Origin: Octopus bimaculoides
Taxonomy: Eukaryota
Length of the DNA: 64,000 nucleotides
Reading direction: 5' to 3'
NCBI RefSeq assembly: GCF_001194135.2
Contig: NC_068982.1
Location: forward strand, 26,559,646-26,623,645
The notes beneath the pieces are model-generated. The model made no database searches, was not told where the DNA came from, and saw only the letters and a program-made list of their open reading frames with translations. The position numbers were made by a program, and so were the translations under genes. The first letter of the stretch is position 1; each line of letters starts with the position of its first letter. This document shows positions 13,649 to 27,040 of the stretch, piece after piece.

Positions 13649-14253
13649 AGGGAAAGGAAGGGGCAAGTCTACAAGAAGTCTGTAAGAGGACGAGAGAGCG
13701 GGAGAGAGGAAGTAGGGATGCTAGAAAAGGAAAATTAGAACGAGAGAGAAAGAAGAAAAATTGTATCTCTCTCTCTCTCTNNNNNNNNNNNNNNNNNNNN
13801 NNNNNNNNNNNNNNNNNNNNNNNNNNNNNNNNNNNNNNNNNNNNNNNNNNNNNNNNNNNNNNNNNNNNNNNNNNNNNNNNNNNNNNNNNNNNNNNNNNNN
13901 NNNNNNNNNNNNNNNNNNNNNNNNNNNNNNNNNNNNNNNNNNNNNNNNNNNNNNNNNNNNNNNNNNNNNNNNNNNNNNNNNNNNNNNNNNNNNNNNNNNN
14001 NNNNNNNNNNNNNNNNNNNNNNNNNNNNNNNNNNNNNNNNNNNNNNNNNNNNNNNNNNNNNNNNNNNNNNNNNNNNNNNNNNNNNNNNNNNNNNNNNNNN
14101 NNNNNNNNNNNNNNNNNNNNNNNNNNNNNNNNNNNNNNNNNNNNNNNNNNNNNNNNNNNNNNNNNNNNNNNNNNNNNNNNNNNNNNNNNNNNNNNNNNNN
14201 NNNNNNNNNNNNNNNNNNNNNNNNNNNNNNNNNNNNNNNNNNNNNNNNNNNNN

Positions 14254-14317
<64 letters not shown>

Positions 14318-14469
14318 TTTCACTAGGAACATACATTTTAATTGCTGAATTAAAAAGGAAATGAAAAGTGCGAATACTTATTGCTTTGTTAATATTATCG
14401 AAGTGTTAGAGGATTCAACTGGTGACTGAGATCAAATTGGAACCTTACTTCTTACTCTACATCAGTATT

Positions 14470-14670
14470 GTATTGTTACCATTTTCTACACTGACACAAC
14501 TCAGCATATGGTGTGTAATCGATTTTATTGATTCCAGAAGTTGAGCGGTGTGCAATTTATTGATTCTGAAATGAATGAAAGATAAACTCGACTGCAATAA
14601 GATTTCAGCTTAAATGAAAAGGACTTAACAGTATATCCCTGCAAAGAATTTTTTCTGGCGCTCGCAGGAC
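14470..14670 (-). mobile_element. Decayed SINE
   Basis: TTTTCTACACT...TCGATTTTATTGA...ATGAAAGATAAACTCGAC...TTTTTTCTGGCGCTC parallels the copy at 40569-40791. Confidence 0.35.
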
Positions 14671-15584
14671 CCATTATGTCAGTATCCATACAATATACAC
14701 GGTATTCTTTGTAGTTCGTTGTTTAGTGTTTTATGGCTTTGAGCTCCAATTATGTCGATATTCAATTATTCTTTAAGATTATGAAGACATTACCTGAACA
14801 TTAGATCCTTATATGATATTTGCCTCATAACAAAACTATTATGAAACACAGACACATACATACACACACACACGCACATACATACATACATACACACACA
14901 TACACACATTGTTCATGCATAAAGAAAAACAATATTCTCTTTAAAATCTTTTCTGAACATTGCCACATAACAACAGAAGTGTATCTACAATAACTACATA
15001 TCAATAAAATTGAACAAGATTATAAAAATGATGTAAAAGGCAAAGTGAAAGGATGTTGTGGTCAACAAAATTAAATGAATTTTCTGAGCAACTAGCAATA
15101 AGACTATTTCGAATATCTGGGTGTATCTTCAATTAAATCACCCTCTAGTATGTACAATAAAATCTTTGACACTATTCTTAATTTACTGAGTCTGGAAGAA
15201 AGATCATTGCCCGTGATCTTCTGGGCTCTCCGAAACAGGTGAGCTTCACTCTATTAATGATCCGTTTAAAGTGTTACAGCTCAACAGCATCAAAGGCAAG
15301 GGACCATATATGACTGGATAATTTTGTCGTTTTTCTTTTGTCTCAGTGCCTGCAACTCAAAGTGTGATTATTGAATCTGGCCCTTACAAGTGGGAAAAAG
15401 TAGTCAACAAAAGCCTGACAACTTTTCCCGCTTTGTAAGGGTAATAATATCCAATTTCTTTGCTGCTTTAATGGCGATAGTGCGTTCGAACCCTTCTGTT
15501 ACTTCCCCGCCCGTACTTACTCTTCCTCTTTCTTCTCCCAGGCTTCCACTACTCCAACCACGTCTTCCACCCCTCCTACTTCTA

Positions 15585-15930
15585 ATTCATCCATTCCCCC
15601 ACTTCAGTCTGTTGTTACCATCCCTCCTGATCTTCCCTTCTCTGAGGCGGAATGCTCTCTTCTCCGTAAGCAACTGCGCTTCAACCCCCTCACTCCATCC
15701 AGTAACGAATTTCAGACCCGTGCTTTGTGCACCGTGTCAGGCTATATGCACTATTCCCCAACACTCCACATGCATCTAATGAAGAGGATTGCTTCATCGA
15801 CCTGGGCCGCCGGATTGTCTTTCCACAGGGGCCATCCGGAAATCCGACCCTCGCCGTGAACAGGAATTAATCTCTCTTCACTCCTTTGCTCCACATGGGC
15901 CCTACTCCCCCTCTCCTCTTTTTATCTGAC
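15585..15930 (+). mobile_element. Internally deleted Penelope-like element (N-terminal segment fused to the GIY-YIG C-terminal tail)
   Basis: VVTIPPDLPFSEAECSLLRKQLRFNPLTPSSNEFQTR resembles the PLE N-terminal VVTIP..L.LS..E.S.LSKGL.F.P motif. It runs within about 100 bp into GLSFHRGH..(fs)..REQELISLHSFAPHG, which resembles the PLE C-terminal GLSLHQG..EQ..IF..GTL.PHG motif. Confidence 0.65.
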
Positions 15931-16499
15931 GCCTACTTCCTCTTTTCACTCTACCCATCTATCCTCTCCTCTGTTCTTCTGACACCTACTTCCTCTTCTC
16001 ACTCCTACACACCTTCTCTCTTCATGGATACGCCCCTCCACCCACACCCCACACCGCAACTCCCCACTCCCACACCCCAACTCCCCACTTCCACATGCCC
16101 CACCCACACCCACATCCTCACCCCACGCTCCCCACACCCCACACACCCACAGCACCACAGCACTACATCACATAACACCACCCCACACCATCCCACACTC
16201 ACTAGCACTGACCACTTCCCAGAACCATACCTACACCATCATCCGCGCACCCACACACTTACACACGCACACATCCACACGTCAAAGTCACTAGCCCCTA
16301 TCCACACACATAGTTACACATTCTCACATACACATACGCACGCACACCTTCGTTTTGGGGTCACCAGTATTTTATTATCTCCCCTTCGTCCTACCTCTCC
16401 TGTCAAACATCTTTTTTCGCAACCAGTAGCCTTGTTTGATTGCTAAATCCACAAGTTTTTTTTTTTATTTTTTATTCTCTCTCTGTTTATTTTCCCTTA

Positions 16500-16558
16500 T
16501 TCCTTTCTGTTGAAGACTGTAGGTTCGAAACATAAAAAACTTTCTCACTTTCCCGAAC
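16500..16558 (+). mobile_element. Probable PLE 3' end with a degenerate hammerhead-like core
   Basis: TTGAAGA-CTGTAGGTT-CGAAAC at 16510-16531 (CUGANGA...GAAA with a C-to-T change), downstream of the PLE fragment and truncated by the gap. Confidence 0.35.
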
Positions 16559-16980
16559 NNNNNNNNNNNNNNNNNNNNNNNNNNNNNNNNNNNNNNNNNN
16601 NNNNNNNNNNNNNNNNNNNNNNNNNNNNNNNNNNNNNNNNNNNNNNNNNNNNNNNNNNNNNNNNNNNNNNNNNNNNNNNNNNNNNNNNNNNNNNNNNNNN
16701 NNNNNNNNNNNNNNNNNNNNNNNNNNNNNNNNNNNNNNNNNNNNNNNNNNNNNNNNNNNNNNNNNNNNNNNNNNNNNNNNNNNNNNNNNNNNNNNNNNNN
16801 NNNNNNNNNNNNNNNNNNNNNNNNNNNNNNNNNNNNNNNNNNNNNNNNNNNNNNNNNNNNNNNNNNNNNNNNNNNNNNNNNNNNNNNNNNNNNNNNNNNN
16901 NNNNNNNNNNNNNNNNNNNNNNNNNNNNNNNNNNNNNNNNNNNNNNNNNNNNNNNNNNNNNNNNNNNNNNNNNNNNNNNN

Positions 16981-17011
<31 letters not shown>

Positions 17012-17640
17012 GGGTGAGAAAATCTACATGTACATTTACTTCAGAAAAATATTAGTTAAAAATTAAAACCCTTACGCCCACACCATACTTATTCACTCAC
17101 ACACATACAGTACTCACTCACACACATATCTGATACAAAGTAGTATATAATTTGTTGGTGATGAGCAGAATTTCATTTCAAAAATATCTAATAATGTACA
17201 AAAAGAAAATAATTGCTGATTAGACATAATTGCTGATTAGAGATAATTGATCATTATAACATTTGAAATAATTAATCTATGAATGAATGTATAATGTCTC
17301 CTAGCCTTAAACGTTTTTGCCTTATAAGCACTTATATGTTGCCGGGTATAGTATAATGTAACTGTTTCGTGCCTAATATCTTCAAATATTCTTACCGTTT
17401 GATTGGGATATTTTCAGTAGATTCTCACCTACTCCTAAAAGACCTGTGAGCTGTCAGCTTTCTCAGAGCCCATGTAGCGCATAGGAGCGAAGAGAGAAGA
17501 TTCTGATAAGATAAGTTATGATTTTATTTTAAGAAATATTATTAAATGTCTTTCGATTATCTATTTATTTATTGTTAAAACAAGTATTTTTTATATATTT
17601 ATTTGATATTTATTATAAGTTACAATACGTACATTGATTC

Positions 17641-17724
<84 letters not shown>

Positions 17725-17727
17725 TAT
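17641..17727. repeat. (TTA)n microsatellite
   Basis: Read directly. Confidence 0.95.
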
Positions 17728-18123
17728 ATTTTATTTTAGAACTGACCAGTGACTATATTTTTGAATAGATTTAATTGTAGATCGATATGATTATTAATCG
17801 AATTATTAATCGAATTGGTTTTATTAGTTATCTATTTGAAAATCTAGCCATGATACGTGTGTAGTCATTTTTATACCATTTAATAGTTATTGTTTTATGT
17901 GTACTTTATTGATTTTTAGAATAAGGTTTTTATGATATATTTATTTTCTAGAAGGTGTGAATTACATTCTTCATTATTGAATTATTTAATAGTGGTTTTT
18001 CTCTAAATTATATNNNNNNNNNNNNNNNNNNNNNNNNNNNNNNNNNNNNNNNNNNNNNNNNNNNNNNNNNNNNNNNNNNNNNNNNNNNNNNNNNNNNNNN
18101 NNNNNNNNNNNNNNNNNNNNNNN

Positions 18124-19377
18124 TTTTTATGCATTTGTGTACATTTAAACTAATTAAATATTATTTTACAGAACAATAGAATTAAAATTTCTTTGATTAA
18201 AACTCTTCCTAACATGAAAGTATCCAAAGAGCATTTGAGACACATAATGCTTTATGATTGCAAAAAAGGAAACTCTGCAGCCGAAGCGACCCGAAACATA
18301 TACTCCGTTTATGGGAAAGAATGATTGAATGAAAAAACTTGTAGAAGATGGCTTGCAAAATTCAGAAGTGGAGATTTCAACCTTCAAGATGAAGATCGAA
18401 CAGGGTGTCCAGTCGCGTTTGATGATAAGCTCCTTGAGGCATTACTTGAAGAAATTCCTGCATTATCAGTTAAAGAATTGACAATAAAGCTTAGTTCAAA
18501 CCACACAACTGTTCATCGTCATCTTCATCAACTTGGAAAATGGGTGCCTCACGAATTGTCCGAAAGCAACCGCAAATCCCAAGTTAACCTCTGCTCTTCT
18601 CTCCATTCTCGCGAACTTATTTTACCCTTATTGGATAGACTTGTGACTGGTGACGAAAAATGGACCTGTTATCGAAATGTTAAACGCCGTAAACAGTGGC
18701 TTGGTAAAAGGGAAAGGGCTCAACCACAACAGAGAAAGGAACTTCATGGGAAAAAGGTTCTTCTCTCTATCTGGTGGGATTGCAAAGGAGTAATTCACTT
18801 TGAATTGTTACCACCTAATGCAACACTCAATGCTCAAGTCTACTCTCAGCAATTAGAGTGTTTGAACCAAACTTTGAAGAAAAAAAAGACCCGCTTTAGT
18901 GAATCGAAAAGGAGTGATGTTTCATCAGGACAATGCGCGACCCCACACTGCAAAGATCACATCACAGAAGATCGAAGNNNNNNNNNNGAGTGATGTTTCA
19001 TCAGGACAATGCGCGACCCCACACTGCAAAGATCACATCACAGAAGATCGAAGAGCTTGGTTGGGAAAAAAATTCCTCATCCACCTTATTTTCCCGACCT
19101 AGCTCCTTCAGACTGCCATTTGTTTCGTAGTTGACAGAATCATTTGGGGGACATAATTTTCGCAAGCCAGGAGGAGGTCAAAACTGACATTTCAGAGTTC
19201 TCCGGTTTGAAACCAAAAGAGTTTTAGAGTAATGGGATTATAAAGCTTGTAAATAGATGGAAGAAAGTCATAGATAATCAATGAAAGTATACTGATGATT
19301 AAATTTCAATTAAATATAACATTTGATCACTTGTTTTCTTTATTCAAAATTCGGACAGAACTTATGGGATGACCTGA
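18124..19377 (+). mobile_element. mariner DNA transposon (DD34D); 5' TIR lost in the gap
   Basis: Transposase pseudogene plus 3' TIR GGACAGAACTTATGGGATGACCTGA ending at 19377, followed by TA. Confidence 0.92.
18214..19302 (+). pseudogene. mariner transposase pseudogene
   Basis: MKVSKEHLRHIMLY...RRWLAKFRSGDF...WVPHEL...VTGDEKW...KKVLLSIWWD...HQDNARPH...PY(F)PDLAPSD, with 34 residues between the second and third D. It carries stops, frameshifts in A-runs and a short deletion before WVPHEL. Confidence 0.92.
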
Positions 19378-19379
19378 TA

Positions 19380-19380
<1 letters not shown>

Positions 19381-19411
<31 letters not shown>

Positions 19412-20279
19412 CACTGAAAGAGAGAGAGACAGATAATAGATAGATATTATGTATGTACGTTTATGTATATATATGCTTGTATGTGCATGTACATATATGT
19501 ATATATGTATGCTGCATGCATGTATGTATGCATGTATGTATGTATGCATGTATGTATGTATGCATGTATGCATGTATGCATGTATGTATGTATGTATATA
19601 TGTATGTATGCATGCATGTATGCATGTGTGTGTAAGATTATAAATGTAATGTCTTCAGCAGGAAATAAGCTCCGAAGTATCCTTGCATACAAACATAAAT
19701 GGAATATTAAATTTAATACTAAGCGAATCTAGGATGTTGAACCTGATAGGTAAAGTAAAGATAAAGCTATATGAAATGCAGTCGTTGTCTCTTAATTTAT
19801 CTCATTTTATTAATGCCAGATTTGATCGTATTTACTCATCTACTTTTATTATTTTAATATTTTCATTACTAATGATTTTACCTAATATATTTTCGTAATC
19901 ATGCATAACTCAGCTTCTTACGTAATAATTCATAATTCCAATTTTCCCGATCATTCTATCCATTATATTTGTGTCAGTGGGTCGTGCAACAATTTCCTGT
20001 GATTCTTTATATATTAATAATCAAATATTGTCACAGTTTAATTCACGATTGTGCATATGTACAGATATGAACATATACATATGCGCACATATAAACGCAT
20101 GTAGTATGAGCACACGTATAAGCACACTTGCTTTTCTGTAACTACGCCTCTGCATATTCTATCAAAATATCACTCTATTGTATATTCCATTTTGCTCTTT
20201 AGTGCGTGTGACCCAATTCTACTCTTGACAAGTTTTGCAGACACGTTCACATACCCACATGCACAAAAATAAACATATC

Positions 20280-20348
<69 letters not shown>

Positions 20349-20680
20349 GTGAGTGTATGTGTGTGTGCGTGTGTGTGTGTAATGAGAGAGAAAGATGTAT
20401 GCATATCCATATACACAAACATATATGCGTACCTATATACACTCACATATATATGTATGAATGAATATGTCTATGTATGTAATTATGTATGTATATATGT
20501 ATGTTTGTATGTATGCATCTATGTATTTTAGCATGTATGTATGTTTGTGCGTATGTATGAATGTACGCATGTATGTATGAACATACATACGTATGTTTAT
20601 ATGTATGTTGTGCGTATGTATGTATGTATGTATGAATGTATGTATGTATGTATGTATGTATGTATGTATGTATGTATGTA
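19381..20680. repeat. Microsatellite blocks: (TA)n 19381-19410, (TATG/CATG)n 19500-19630, (TG)n 20282-20380, (TATG)n 20440-20680
   Basis: Read directly; unique sequence lies between the blocks. Confidence 0.9.
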
Positions 20681-20684
20681 TTGT

Positions 20685-21660
20685 ACATCTACCTGTCAAC
20701 AGATCTCTAAATTTCGCAACGAAAGCATCAACAATACCTAGACATGGAATTGATATTACGTTAGCCCTTAGGACCATAGTTATTGAATTCGAAGGTAGAT
20801 ACTGGATTAGAAAGGACAAACCTAACAATTCTGATATAAATATGAACCCAATCGATCTGGCAGAGGTCACTGATTTAATGTGTATATATATTTCACTCAA
20901 ACTTAAAAATGAAATCTTTGGCAATAGAAAAGAATCACAGGAAAAATTAGAAAGGAATCTGTACAGGAACGACGCTCAGTTTACTTCTGCAACTTGTGTA
21001 ATGTAGAACTCGAGAGAAATAAAACAATGTCTTACAAATTTCTTCAAAAACTTCATACTATCTTTAACATCGGGAAATAACTATGAGGTAGCTACTTTTC
21101 TAAATGTAACATTGGATCTTAATACGAGACTGTATTGTCCGTGCCATAAACAGAATGAAAAACTTCACTATGGTTAAAAAAGATTCCAATAACTGTAAAG
21201 CAATTATTGAGCCTATACTTAAAAGAATTTCAACTAGAATATCCAGGCTTTCGGCTAATGAAGTGATTTTCGCTCAAAATGAGGACTACTATACTTTAGT
21301 AACGACCAGATACGGAAATGATTCGATTCATGCCGGAAAAAAGCGATTTTAAAAGCATAATTATAGTGCAAAGACGTCGTAATACAACTGGTTTAGGTGA
21401 TTCTATTTCATAAAAGAAGTATCAAGAATAAGAATACTATTGAACACATGTTCTAATCTGGACTAACTGCTAACAAAGATACTCGAAAACAACACTTTTG
21501 CACAAATCTCTATAGCCGATAGCAGGAATTACGTTCCACTAAATGGTGCAAACAACTGAAAAGCTCTGGAACTTTCTTTGAATACAATAATCCGAAACTG
21601 GATGAATTAGGTAGTAGGTCTTAACTAATAATCTGTTCAGTTTAATCGAAAACATCTAAG
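20685..21660 (+). mobile_element. Penelope-like element relic (RT palm and thumb, trace of GIY-YIG)
   Basis: NRSLNFA...YWIRKDK...DINMNPIDLAEVTDLM...LYRND...ATFLNVTLDLNTRLYCPCHKQNEKLHY..KDSNN..IIEPILKRISTRISRLSANEVIF corresponds to PLE motifs DVTMGSYDGAE, LYRDDG, FLDVTLDL and SNHPP. Confidence 0.8.
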
Positions 21661-22544
21661 CCTTTCTGCCCATACTAATATTGACCTCATAAACTATATA
21701 CTGTACTTTTATTTGAGCTCTTTGCACTCTCGTTATTTTGGCATTTTTATACTTTTTATCATCCTAGTCATGGCACTATTCTAAGAATATACATTACTTG
21801 GCTGCTGCTTCTTTGAACCTTTTCGCTTCTATTCTCATCGTCTTACCCAGCCATCTTTAGTATATATACAATATATAATGTATATTTCATCATTTTGATT
21901 AATGTAAAAAATTCTACTGGTTATTGAAATGATCGTCACTTATTAAAAAATGTAATACTGTCATTTTAATTCCTTTGATTGTTAACTTGAATAATCTGAG
22001 GTGAATCTACCAACTTTAAGATCCGTACATTTCCTCTCACTTATTGTTTGTCTCGAATGTTATTTGCGTTAACGGAATATTTTTTCTGATTTTCTTAACT
22101 ACTGTTTCCACGGATCTCATATTGATGTTGACTTGATATTTCCTAAACTATGTGTGTGCGTATATGCGTGCGTGTGTGTGTTACTTGAAAGTAAACTTCG
22201 TAAATACATGGTCAAGTTTTTACTCACTTATTAGTGATGGATACATATTGTTACTTCCGTCCTCTCATATAATCAAAGGTTTCTGTCTTGTCATGCCCAA
22301 CAATTTGGGAGAATCAAACTGCTCAACAATTTCTTGCAGTTCGTTCAAATACGGTTATGATAACTTATAGGCTATTGGTTATGTGCTAGTAGCTTTTATG
22401 GGCTACACAGATTTTCATTCTTTTCAGAATACGATCAACTGTTTGGGAGTATTTGAATATCAAAACGATCCAGTATAATTGAATCCAGTGTTACATTGTG
22501 GATACCTGAATACCTGTCTATGTATGTAATGTATTTTAGTGCAT

Positions 22545-22778
<234 letters not shown>

Positions 22779-23146
22779 TGTAGGTCCGTGTGCGCGCGGA
22801 AAGAAGCGGAAGAGACAGAGATAATAAGACAGTTTACTATCTATCTATGTCATATTTCGCTACATATTCTTTCAAAATATCACCTGAAATTATTGCTGGA
22901 TTCTTGTCCACATGCTTTATATGATTTATCGTCTGTCCATTCAGTGAACCAGCACATTTAACAGTCTCTTGGTTCTCTTTATCTTGTTGCCTCTCCCTAT
23001 AAATTTCTATTTATTTCTGTATTTTAGAGCAAATGAGTGTCTACTTGGCTCATTTATCTCACTATTTATCGACATATTTATTATTTTAGTCATTTGATAT
23101 ATATATATTTGTTAACATTTATTCCACCTACCGGTCAGCCTATCTA

Positions 23147-23184
<38 letters not shown>

Positions 23185-24736
23185 TAAATAACTAACTAGC
23201 CAGCTCTCCAGTTTCACATTTACATACGTAAATACTTACCGCTATCCATATATACATAAGTAAATACTTGCATACAGACACACGCAGACATATGCACACG
23301 CACACACGCGTACACACATGCAGATGACACAAGCACACAAAGACATACACACACATACACTGTGTATGTCTACAAATTTAGTATAATTTAATGTACGGTA
23401 ATTTTAAGTTCCTATCCTAACATAAAATATTAATCGTTCAAGTAGAATCATTAAAAAAAAGAGACAATCAATAAACATTGAAGTTTATTGCAACATTATA
23501 GTAAAGTTTCAATTACTCCTACTTTTTGTATCATGTATTTTAAATGACGTTTTAAATTATGAACACAAACATTTTTGAATTGAGCTTCAAATACAAATTT
23601 GTTTCTTCAATTATTTTCCGTCTTACAGCAGCTTTTTTTGTCTGTTGGTTTTGCATAGTAATCACTATCCAAATATTTTCGGCGCAATTCTTTGTTGAAT
23701 CACGTATCAACTAAAATTAAAGGGATGCTTGTTTAACCCAATAAATTTTCACTTTGTAGTCGTTCTAATAATACTTTAACAACAGAAATTCTATCACCAG
23801 TGAAAGTCGTCCAGCTAAGTGGCTTTCATACGAGAAATTTTCTCCAATCAAACGCAGTATGGCACTCAAGCTAAAAGGATTATTATGAAGGACTTGGTTT
23901 TCAATATAAATAAACATGAATTGCTATTGTGACAATGTCACATGTCGACAATAAAATTGAGCAGTTACCGGCTTTATATTCAAATCTATATTCACAGCTA
24001 AACCGAAAAATACAACACACGAACATACGGTCAATACATAATATGTATCATATTTAGAACACTTTTAATACGATGACAAATGTAATAATTTGAAGATCCA
24101 GTATATAACGAAATCTATTAGGTTGTAGAAGCACCACAGTGAAGCTGATTTTATGTATTCTTCAGAAATAGAAAGGTAATAAAAACCTAACGAAAGCAAA
24201 GATAGAGGAAAATAAATTTATTCAAAAGTTTATGCTAAACAAACAAACTTTAACCGAAATATTTGCAAAGGTAATATCCAAGGGTATCAAATCCGTCCTG
24301 GATTGCGCCGAGAGACATAATTTGGCAAGTATATTTCGGTTGCTACCTGTGAACCAGAAGAAGAATCGTTTATCTAGTCCGCTGCTTCAACTTTACAAAC
24401 GTTGACAAAAGATAATTAAATAGTGCAATGACGTGACTTTCAAGAACTTATAAGTATTTCTGAAACGATGGTTTCAGAAAGTTTATATGTGTCACGTCTA
24501 TAATCCGCAAACTACTGATATTTCAAAAACATCTCTTCAATGGACAGAAGAGAAAAATTAATAAATCTTGACGATCATTTTTTGGCGATCGTTTACAACT
24601 TTGTTAAAACTGCTTTTTAAAGGCTAAGATTCCAGTAGCGGAATAGGAAAATACTTAATTCCTGGTCACTTGATTACTTTTTGCAAAATTAAAAAGGAAG
24701 AATAATATTAAAACACTGGTCGCAAACATTCTAAAC

Positions 24737-25051
24737 CAGTGCTACTCAAAGTGGTGGTCCACGGACTGGTGCCGGTCCACGAGCCATCAGCTACCAGTAT
24801 GCGGCGAGTTTCCTGAAAAGAAAGAAACATTATAAAATGGTTATAAAATGATTATAAAATGCTTATGTAACATTGTCTTATTTGTTTAGAAATTAAAAAA
24901 TATGAGATGAAAAGTTGTCCACTTTTATTATATTCATTATATATATATTGTTTCCGGTATAAATTAATATTACAAACAAATATTACCAGTTCCTGGTACA
25001 CTGGAAACAAAAACTGCCGATACGCCACATCAGGTAGTTTGAGAAGCACTG
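24737..25051. mobile_element. Non-autonomous hAT-Charlie-type MITE (315 bp)
   Basis: TIRs CAGTGCTACTCAAA and TTTGAGAAGCACTG (13 of 14 complementary). Flanking 8-mers TTCTAAAC and CTCTGAAC (6 of 8 identical) fit the Charlie NTCTAGAN target duplication. Confidence 0.85.
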
Positions 25052-25182
25052 CTCTGAACCATCTTCTAAATATTCACTACAACCACCAGTTCACAGACTC
25101 ACTGTTTCTTATCTCTACACTACTTAAATAATGGAAGCTTTTTCACTCTGACCTAAAAAACTGAATACCATTTCCAGCCAAC

Positions 25183-25232
<50 letters not shown>

Positions 25233-25932
25233 NNNNNNNNNNNNNNNNNNNNNNNNNNNNNNNNNNNNNNNNNNNNNNNNNNNNNNNNNNNNNNNNNNNN
25301 NNNNNNNTATATATATATATATTTATATTATAAGGTTTTTAAACTTTTAAATTTTCATATTCAAAAGAGACAGAGACTTCAAATTCGATATATATATATA
25401 TATAAAGTATATTAGTATATTGAGTACTACTGCATCCAAATTTACATTTTTATACATAATCATATACATTCCTTTTAGAATAAAATAGAAGCACTTAAAC
25501 CATTGCTCTCTTTATCTTTTTGTTTTTATATATTTACATATACACACACTAATACACGACTTATAATCCCAATCCTGTTCATACAACGACTGGGGCAAAA
25601 CTAGTCGGTATACAGCACTTACTCGGTATTACCTGTATCCTCTTGGGTTTGGTTAAATCCAATACCCTCCTCAACCTTATATATATATATATATATAGGA
25701 AATATATATAAATGCATTATGCGAGTGTGTATGTGTGTGTGCGCGCACGTTTGTATGCAGTGAGTCGCACAAATTCAAAAGATAAGAGGAACATTAATAC
25801 CTACCGTGTTCAAAGAGATATCTCCATAAAAAGCAATTGACACATTGAGTTATGATATGTACATGTTTATGAATAAAAGGAAAGAACATAATATTCATAT
25901 AAAATAAAACACTTGTAAATCCCTCTTCGACT

Positions 25933-27040
25933 CAGGTGTTGCACAATCATTAAAAGGTCGTTCATGTACATGATTATTACCCTAGGCAGTTTTATGACTT
26001 TGTATTACCATTGGCATTAATCACAGCTTTAATGCATCCAGAAATAGACTCGTTCAAGTTTTGAATAGCTGTTAGGATAAATTTTAAGCCATTCTTGAAG
26101 CAGGATCTGCTTGGTGGTGGAAAGCGGCTTCTCACTTTTTGCTCAAAAAATTTCTGATTGCATTCAATTCCGTTGATTGCGGGTCTAGTCCAGGTGTTCT
26201 ACTTTACTTCTGTGTTGTTCGTCCCAATTTTGAATAACATTATCCGTTTGACTCCGCGCATTGTCGTCCTGGAAAATTGCATTACTATCAGGGAACAATA
26301 TAACATTGGATGGACACGATCAGTCAAAATATTCAGATAACCTTTCCCGTTAACTCTGACCTTTAGAACAACTAATGGGCCTACAGAATTCCATTATCTG
26401 GCACCGAAATCTTTAGAGCTACGTCCATGCTTCACGCTAGGAGCTAAACAGTCAGAGTTGAAGGCCTCTGTTGAATGTCACCAGACATAATCACACCCAA
26501 GTGGGGAAAATGGTGAACGATGATTCATCAAACAAAATGAATTTATTTTGTTTAGTTATTCACCACTTTTGATAGTCTAGACACCATTCTTTTCGCTTAT
26601 TGTTGTTGATAGGGAACATAAAAGTTTTAACAATGGCAGTCTTCTCTTTATATCCAGCTTTATGGAACTCACAACGAACGGATTTAGTTGACACAGGCAT
26701 GCAAGGTGGTGGTTTGGTTCTGATGTCATTTTTTCTGCTGGCGTTTGATGATTTGTAGGCATGAATTTAGAATGTGTAGCTCTCAAAATATTAAACAACT
26801 CAATAGTTTTAGTGACTAAAGCTCCAGATATATGTTATTCAACAATTTATCCTCTTTGGAAGTCAGACGGTTATTTAAATATAAATATCTGCCAGAGGAG
26901 AAAAAACACAGGACCACATCGTGATGTACAAAGCATACACAATACATATAAAAACATACACAGCTAAGAACACACCTGAATTTTTCATTGCTAAGAAAAT
27001 AAATAGTTATAAATTGGTGTTTCCATTATTTTATCAAAAT
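25933..27040 (-). mobile_element. Decayed Tc1-like transposon with degenerate TIRs
   Basis: Transposase relic plus end motifs CAGGTGTTGCACAATC (25933) and GGTGTTTCCATTATTTTATC (27016). Confidence 0.75.
25992..26872 (-). pseudogene. Tc1-like transposase pseudogene
   Basis: SDFQRG*IV...GALVTKT...PVSTKSVRCEFHKAGY...KRKEWC...ILFDESSFTIFPT...FPDSNAIFQDDNAR...ILLQEWLKI...IKAVINANG..*; many stops and frameshifts. Confidence 0.85.

Noticed and set aside
18912-19053. 66-bp exact direct repeat in the mariner (18912-18977 and 18988-19053)
   Set aside because: The copies flank a 10-N gap and are identical, which indicates an unmerged contig overlap and not a biological duplication.
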